64,000 nt of DNA from Auanema rhodensis (lineage: Eukaryota > Animalia > Nematoda): assembly GCA_964057225.1 (NCBI GenBank), contig OZ059895.1, positions 23,188,001-23,252,000 on the forward strand, written 5' to 3'. Each line of letters starts with the position of its first letter. The stretch's first letter is position 1. The translations under genes and the position numbers were made by a program. The notes beneath the pieces were generated by a model, which had not been told where the DNA came from, did no database searches, and saw only the letters and a list, made by a program, of their open reading frames with translations. Below are positions 57,501 through 64,000 of the stretch, in pieces.

Positions 57501-58400
57501 ATTCGATGCGGATTTTTAAGCTGCGTCGATCTGTGTTATCAGATTTGCGCTAGCTTAAAAATGCACCGAGATATCAACTGATATAAGTTCACACTTATAT
57601 CCTCGATTTTCACCCTGAAGAATTAATTTTTTCGTTGAATAACATCGTCCATCGTCTTTGCCTTAAAAAAAGGAATCTAAAAACATCTACTTTTTGCTAA
57701 ATTATCTTGAAATTTTTTGAAAAAATTTTTGTCAAAATGTTTTTGGAAGCAATGTTGAGTGTACATGGAAACTCAACATACACTAATGCATCATTTTTCA
57801 AACGATCATAACTAATTTTTGTATTGAGCGTTTCTCAATGTAGTATAGTGCATTCGATGCGGATTTTTAAGCTGCGTCGATCTGTGTTATCAGATTTGCG
57901 CTAGCTTAAAAATGCACCGAGATATCAACTGATATAAGTTCACACTTATATCCTCGATTTTCACCCTGAAGAATTAATTTTTTCGTTGAATAACAATGTC
58001 CATCGTCTTTGCCTTGAAAAAACAAATCTAAAAACATTTACTTTTTGCTAAATTATTTTGAAATTTTTCGAAAAAATTTTTGTCAAAATGTTTTTGGAAG
58101 CAATGTTGAGTGTACATGGAAACTCAACATACACTAATGCATCATTTTTCAAACGATCATAACTAATTTTTGTATTAAGCGTTTCTCAATGTAGTATAGT
58201 GCATTCGATGCGGATTTTTAAGCTGCGTCGATCTGTGTTATCAGATTTGCGCTAGCTTAAAAATGCACCGAGATATCAACTGATATAAGTTCACACTTAT
58301 ATCCTCGATTTTCACCCTGAAGAATTAATTTTTTCGTTGAATAACAATGTCCATCGTCTTTGCCTTGAAAAAACAAATCTAAAAACATTTACTTTTTGCT
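54547..58400. repeat. Local higher-order duplication, 6 monomers (2106 bp), ~2 copies
   Basis: The CGCTCGCT variant (ORF-track starts 55040/57146) and the TATTGAGCG and AAAACAAATC/CATTTAC variants repeat at 2106 bp. Confidence 0.85.
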
Positions 58401-61400
58401 AAATTATTTTGAAATTTTTCGAAAAAATTTTTGTCAAAATGTTTTTGGAAGCAATGTTGAGTGTACATGGAAACTCAACATACACTAATGCATCATTTTT
58501 CAAACGATCATAACTAATTTTTGTATTAAGCGTTTCTCAATGTAGTATAGTGCATTCGATGCGGATTTTTAAGCTGCGTCGATCTGTGTTATCAGATTTG
58601 CGCTAGCTTAAAAATGCACCGAGATATCAACTGATATAAGTTCACACTTATATCCTCGATTTTCACCCTGAAGAATTGATTTTTTCGTTGAATAACAATG
58701 TCCATCGTCTTTGCCTTAAAAAAAGGAATCTAAAAACATCTACTTTTTGCTAAATTATCTTGAAATTTTTTGAAAAAATTTTTGTCAAAATGTTTTTGGA
58801 AGCAATGTTGAGTGTACATGGAAACTCAACATACACTAATGCATCATTTTTCAAACGATCATAACTAATTTTTGTATTAAGCGTTTCTCAATGTAGTATA
58901 GTGCATTCGATGCGGATTTTTAAGCTGCGTCGATCTGTGTTATCAGATTTGCGCTAGCTTAAAAATGCACCGAGATATCAACTGATATAAGTTCACACTT
59001 ATATCCTCGATTTTCACCCTGAAGAATTAATTTTTTCGTTGAATAACAATGTCCATCGTCTTTGCCTTGAAAAAACAAATCTAAAAACATTTACTTTTTG
59101 CTAAATTATTTTGAAATTTTTCGAAAAAATTTTTGTCAAAATGTTTTTGGAAGCAATGTTGAGTGTACATGGAAACTCAACATACACTAATGCATCATTT
59201 TTCAAACGATCATAACTAATTTTTGTATTAAGCGTTTCTCAATGTAGTATAGTGCATTCGATGCGGATTTTTAAGCTGCGTCGATCTGTGTTATCAGATT
59301 TGCGCTAGCTTAAAAATGCACCGAGATATCAACTGATATAAGTTCACACTTATATCCTCGATTTTCACCCTGAAGAATTAATTTTTTCGTTGAATAACAA
59401 TGTCCATCGTCTTTGCCTTGAAAAAACAAATCTAAAAACATTTACTTTTTGCTAAATTATTTTGAAATTTTTCGAAAAAATTTTTGTCAAAATGTTTTTG
59501 GAAGCAATGTTGAGTGTACATGGAAACTCAACATACACTAATGCATCATTTTTCAAACGATCATAACTAATTTTTGTATTAAGCGTTTCTCAATGTAGTA
59601 TAGTGCATTCGATGCGGATTTTTAAGCTGCGTCGATCTGTGTTATCAGATTTGCGCTAGCTTAAAAATGCACCGAGATATCAACTGATATAAGTTCACAC
59701 TTATATCCTCGATTTTCACCCTGAAGAATTAATTTTTTCGTTGAATAACAAGGTCCATCGTCTTTGCCTTGAAAAAAGAAATCTAAACACATCTACTTTT
59801 TGCTAAATTATTTTGAAATTTTCCGAAAAAATTTTTGTCAAAATGTTTTTGGAAGCAATGTTGAGTGTACATGGAAACTCAACATACACTAATGCATCAT
59901 TTTTCAAACGATCATAACTAATTTTTGTATTAAGCGTTTCTCAATGTAGTATAGTGCATTCGATGCGGATTTTTAAGCTGCGTCGATCTGAGTTATCAGA
60001 TTTGCGCTAGCTTAAAAATGCACCGAGATATCAACTGATATAAGTTCACACTTATATCCTCGATTTTCACCCTGAAGAATTAATTTTTTCGTTGAATAAC
60101 AATGTTCATCGTCTTTGCCTTGAAAAAAGGAATCTAAAAACATCTACTTTTTGCTAAATTATTTTGAAATTTTTCGAAAAAATTTTTGTCAAAATGTTTT
60201 TGGAAGCAATGTTGAGTGTACATGGAAACTCAACATACACTAATGCATCATTTTTCAAACGATCATAACTAATTTTTGTATTAAGCGTTTCTCAATGTAG
60301 TATAGTGCATTCGATGCGGATTTTTAAGCTGCGTCGATCTGTGTTATCAGATTTGCGCTAGCTTAAAAATGCACCGAGATATCAACTGATATAAGTTCAC
60401 ACTTATATCCTCGATTTTCACCCTGAAGAATTAATTTTTTCGTTGAATAACATCGTCCATCGTCTTTGCCTTAAAAAAAGGAATCTAAAAACATCTACTT
60501 TTTGCTAAATTATCTTGAAATTTTTTGAAAAAATTTTTGTCAAAATGTTTTTGGAAGCAATGTTGAGTGTACATGGAAACTCAACATACACTAATGCATC
60601 ATTTTTCAAACGATCATAACTAATTTTTGTATTGAGCGTTTCTCAATGTAGTATAGTGCATTCGATGCGGATTTTTAAGCTGCGTCGATCTGTGTTATCA
60701 GATTTGCGCTAGCTTGAAAATGCACCGAGATATCAACTGATATAAGTTCACACTTAGATCCTCGATTTTCACCCTGAAGAATTAATTTTTTCGTTGAATA
60801 ACAATGTCCATCGTCTTTGCCTTGAAAAAACAAATCTAAAAACATTTACTTTTTGCTAAATTATTTTGAAATTTTTCGAAAAAATTTTTGTCAAAATGTT
60901 TTTGGAAGCAATGTTGAGTGTACATGGAAACTCAACATACACTAATGCATCATTTTTCAAACGATCATAACTAATTTTTGTATTAAGCGTTTCTCAATGT
61001 AGTATAGTGCATTCGATGCGGATTTTTAAGCTGCGTCGATCTGTTTTATCAGATTTGCGCTAGCTTAAAAATGCACCGAGATATCAACTGATATAAGTTC
61101 ACACTTATATCCTCGATTTTCACCCTGAAGAATTAATTTTTTCGTTGAATAACAATGTCCATCGTCTTTGCCTTGAAAAAAGGAATCTAAAAACATCTAC
61201 TTTTTGCTAAATTATTTTGAAATTTTTCGAAAAAATTTTTGTCAAAATGTTTTTGGAAGCAATGTTGAGTGTACATGGAAACTCAACATACACTAATGCA
61301 TCATTTTTCAAACGATCATAACTAATTTTCGTATTAAGCGTTTCTCAATGTAGTATAGTGCATTCGATGCGGATTTTTAAGCTGCGTCGATCTGTGTTAT

Positions 61401-62631
61401 CAGATTTGCGCTAGCTTAAAAATGCACCGAGATATCAACTGATATATGTTCACACTTATATCCTCGATTTTCACCCTGAAGAATTAATTTTTTCGTTGAA
61501 TAACAATGTCCATCGTCTTTGCCTTGAAAAAAGGAATCTAAAAACATCTACTTTTTGCTAAATTATTTTGAAATTTTTCGAAAAAATTTTTGTCAAAATG
61601 TTTTTGGAAGCAATGTTGAGTGTACATGGAAACTCAACATACACTAATGCATCATTTTTCAAACGATCATAACTAATTTTCGTATTAAGCGTTTCTCAAT
61701 GTAGTATAGTGCATTCGATGCGGATTTTTAAGCTGCGTCGATCTGTGTTATCAGATTTGCGCTAGCTTAAAAATGCACCGAGATATCAACTGATATATGT
61801 TCACACTTATATCCTCGATTTTCACCCTGAAGAATTAATTTTTTCGTTGAATAACAATGTCCATCGTCTTTGCCTTGAAAAAAGGAATCTAAAAACATCT
61901 ACTTTTTGATAAATTATTTTGAAATTTTTCGAAAAAATTTTTGTCAAAATGTTTTTGGAAGCAATGTTGAGTGTACATGGAAACTCAACATACACTAATG
62001 CATCATTTTTCAAACGATCATAACTAATTTTTGTATTAAGCGTTTCTCAATGTAGTATAGTGCATTCGATGCGGATTTTTAAGCTGCGTCGTTCTGTGTT
62101 ATCAGATTTGCGCTAGCTTAAAAATGCACCGAGATATCAACTGATATAAGTTCACACTTATATCCTCGATTTTCACCCTGAAGAATTAATTTTTTCGTTG
62201 AATAACATCGTCCATCGTCTTTGCCTTAAAAAAAGGAATCTAAAAACATCTACTTTTTGCTAAATTATCTTGAAATTTTTTGAAAAAATTTTTGTCAAAA
62301 TGTTTTTGGAAGCAATGTTGAGTGTGTCACAAATGTGTTCAAAACCACAACTAAATGAAGGTTTAATGATTGTTTATTCAAATAATTTTCTTAGTTACAT
62401 CCCATTAAATGGTTAACTTGAGCTTTCTTAACCATCAATGCAATTTATAAAATCACATAATTTATAACGCATAGTTAGATACGTGAAATTAGCATAATTA
62501 GTTTTGTCTTGTTACGGAGAACAAGAATATATATATATTATAGTTTCAGTTTAAGATTTCAAGATGTTACTTTATTGGCAGGTTATCAACTCAACGCTTG
62601 TAAACACCATGCAAACAACCTGAACATCTAA

Positions 62632-62661
62632 GATAAAATGATAAAATGATTAAAATGATTA
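62632..62661. repeat. Short tandem repeat inside the LTR, GAT(T)AAAAT x3.5
   Basis: GATAAAAT GATAAAAT GATTAAAAT GATTA read directly. Confidence 0.7.
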
Positions 62662-62752
62662 TTTGGCCTAAAATTGTTGATGTAAACAATTTTATTTCAT
62701 ATTTTGACAGTTCAATTATATTTTGTATTTTTATAAGTTTCCTTTTGTTTTC

Positions 62753-62758
62753 AATAAA
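62753..62758 (+). terminator. Putative polyadenylation signal AATAAA in the LTR
   Basis: Canonical hexamer 50 nt upstream of the LTR terminal CA, followed by T/C-rich sequence. Confidence 0.55.
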
Positions 62759-62808
62759 TTTATTTCTCTTCCCTTTCTTTGTCTTTTTCTTTCCACATTT
62801 GTATTTCA

Positions 62809-62820
62809 TGGGGGCCGAAC
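62809..62820 (+). promoter_or_regulatory. Primer-binding site TGGGGGCCGAAC, complementary to the 3' end of a tRNA-Pro
   Basis: GC-rich 12-mer in AT-rich context directly after CA. Its reverse complement GTTCGGCCC-CCA matches the 3' end of C. elegans-type tRNA-Pro(TGG) as I recall it (not database-checked). Confidence 0.8.
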
Positions 62821-63138
62821 TAAACCAGCTTATGGTTTTCAGTCACTAAGAATATAATTGTGTATTTTCATTGTATTCTTGAAACTTGAACGCTAAGTTC
62901 AGAAAAGTTTCACGCGTTTAGCGTTGGTTTTAGCCAAATCAGCTCGATTAGAGTTCCTCTGAAAAAAAAAAATCTCAAAACATTGAAGTGTTTTTTTGAT
63001 TAGGTAAATTTTTTGTTTTCCGATCAAAACTGTTAGCTTTGAAAGTTTGAAGAGCAACAGAGCTGTTTTGTTTTGTTTCGAGATTTTATCTTGATAATTT
63101 TTTGGAATTATCAGTAGAGGAACTTCTTGCTGGATTAG

Positions 63139-63260
63139 GTACTTTTATAGTGATAGTTGTAGCTTACAGCTTATTGCTTTCATAGTTTACTCTACGTCGT
63201 TTTACGTATAAACTGTGTTTTGTTTTGTTAAAACAAAAATTTAATAAAATTCATTTGCAG
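63139..63260 (+). other. Possible intron in the 5' leader (alternative donor at 63004)
   Basis: AG|GTACTTT donor at 63139, AG|GTAAATT donor at 63004, AT-rich body, TTTGCAG|G acceptor ending at 63260, 34 nt before the ATG. Confidence 0.4.
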
Positions 63261-63294
63261 GTATTGCAACAGAAGAATTTTTTTTCTCGCGAAA

Positions 63295-64000
63295 ATGGCT
63301 ACTAATGAATATGAGGTTGGTCATAGTTTTCATAAAGAGGAAATCGATAATGCTATTGATGTTATCGAAAAAGTCAAAAAGTCAATAATACGATTGACTT
63401 CTAGACTGTCTAAAGCACGAATCGAATCGATTACAGCTTTAGATTCAGTAACTACTGTCTTAAAAAATTGTTCTCGTACCGCTCAAATAGTAGAAGAGCA
63501 TGAGAATTCTAAAACAGAGTTTCTGTCCGTTCAACAGAATAATTCGGAAAAATTAGACTTAATTTTAAGAGAACGAGAAGCAAGTGTTCTTATGAAAAAT
63601 CTTGCTGAATTATTGAATGTTTCTAAAGAGGAACTATTCAGTACAGTTTATAATTTGAACTCCAACATAACGAAGTGTTGTCAAATAATGGATTGTGAAA
63701 TTACACATCTTCCTGAAACAATTGAATTATTAATTTTTCAGAACAATGTGGATGTAGATGTTGATATTGACATTGATGTTGATAAAATGGATCAACTAAA
63801 CTTGAATAATGAAGGTAAAACTTTTTCTAGTACTGCAACGTATCAACCTAAATTACAGAGGCATCTAGAAAAGTACAGAATACCGAGTACCGAGCCTTAT
63901 ACTCCAGGTAAGAGTCTTATTATGTCTGAAAACGATAACGTTAGTGGAAAGATAATGGACCTATTACGTATGCAAATGCTTCCGGATGTATTAACATTCA
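63295..64000 (+). CDS. Gag-like (or Gag-Pol) polyprotein N-terminus, 3'-partial, 235 codons with no stop
   Basis: Hand translation: MATNEYEVGHSFHKEEIDNAIDVIEKVKKSIIRLTSRLSKARIESITALDSV...VDVDVDIDIDVDKMDQL...IMDLLRMQMLPDVLTF. 706 nt stop-free in AT-rich DNA, AAAATGG start context, first long ORF after the PBS. The terminal LPxVxxF resembles the start of the PxFxG-type motif that opens many retrotransposon capsid domains (the G position is beyond the window). Confidence 0.75.
   Translation, partial: MATNEYEVGHSFHKEEIDNAIDVIEKVKKSIIRLTSRLSKARIESITALDSVTTVLKNCSRTAQIVEEHENSKTEFLSVQQNNSEKLDLILREREASVLMKNLAELLNVSKEELFSTVYNLNSNITKCCQIMDCEITHLPETIELLIFQNNVDVDVDIDIDVDKMDQLNLNNEGKTFSSTATYQPKLQRHLEKYRIPSTEPYTPGKSLIMSENDNVSGKIMDLLRMQMLPDVLTF

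Larger units (their letters stand above)
1..62324. repeat. Tandem satellite DNA array, 351-bp monomer, ~177.5 head-to-tail copies; continues beyond the left edge of the window
   Basis: Unit TTTGAAATTTTTCGAAAAAATTTTTGTC...TTTTTGCTAAATTAT starts at 1+351k up to 15094, at 15444+351k up to 40014 (after a 1-bp A-run deletion), and at 40507+351k up to 62269 (after a 209-bp phase shift). The last unit is truncated after 56-57 bp. All copies have the same orientation. Hand count of the consensus gives 110/351 G+C. Confidence 0.99.
62325..62808 (+). repeat. Putative 5' LTR (484 bp, TGTCAC...TTTCA)
   Basis: TG/CA termini, AATAAA 50 nt before the end followed by a pyrimidine-rich tract, and TATA-like motifs at 62446-62452 and 62527-62538. 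The start could alternatively be 62323 (TGTGTCAC) because TG(T) is shared with the satellite. The partner LTR is not visible. Confidence 0.75.
62325..64000 (+). mobile_element. LTR retrotransposon, 5' part (probably Ty3/Gypsy-like), inserted into the satellite; continues past the window end
   Basis: Abrupt mid-monomer break of the satellite at a TG dinucleotide, then 484 bp ending in CA, directly followed by a TGG-starting tRNA-complementary site, a ~470-nt leader and a long ORF. The 3' LTR, pol and second TSD are outside the window, so the superfamily is inferred. Confidence 0.82.

Noticed and set aside
55040-62013. 67-aa + strand ORFs (55040, 57146) and 63-aa - strand ORFs (7627, 61822)
   Set aside because: Each results from a sporadic point variant removing a stop in the satellite.
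1-62324. CRISPR array or prokaryotic repeat system
   Set aside because: There are no unique spacers; the whole 351-bp unit repeats; no cas genes; the context is eukaryotic.
62360-62367. GGTTTAAT, the start of nematode SL1, inside the LTR
   Set aside because: Only 8 of 22 nt match; the rest diverges.
62565-62582. Alternative LTR end and PBS at TGTTAC...TGGCAGG
   Set aside because: No terminal CA adjacent to the TGG and no convincing tRNA match; the CA|TGGGGGCCGAAC site with upstream AATAAA fits much better.
62591-62849. Overlapping 72-aa (-) and 67-aa (+) ORFs
   Set aside because: Low-complexity K-rich or F/I-rich translations of the T-rich LTR 3' half; they overlap the LTR end and PBS.

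Overview
About 97% of the window (1-62324) is one head-to-tail, AT-rich (~31% GC) satellite array of a 351-bp monomer, ~177.5 copies that differ by only a few substitutions. The monomer is packed with short inverted repeats. Shared variants show a mosaic of recent local block duplications of 2-, 3-, 4-, 6-, 7- and 14-mers, not one fixed higher-order repeat. There is one rearranged monomer (junction 40293-40294) and one 1-bp indel (~15410). At 62325 the array is cut mid-monomer by the 5' end of an apparently young + strand LTR retrotransposon. It has a 484-bp TG...CA LTR with AATAAA, an abutting tRNA-Pro-type primer-binding site (TGGGGGCCGAAC), a structured and possibly spliced leader, and an uninterrupted Gag-like ORF from 63295 that runs off the window (absent from the supplied ORF track). 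The DNA is eukaryotic; PBS sequence, splice-site style, start context and lack of CpG depletion point to a nematode-like host (inference). All short ORFs in the supplied track are judged spurious.
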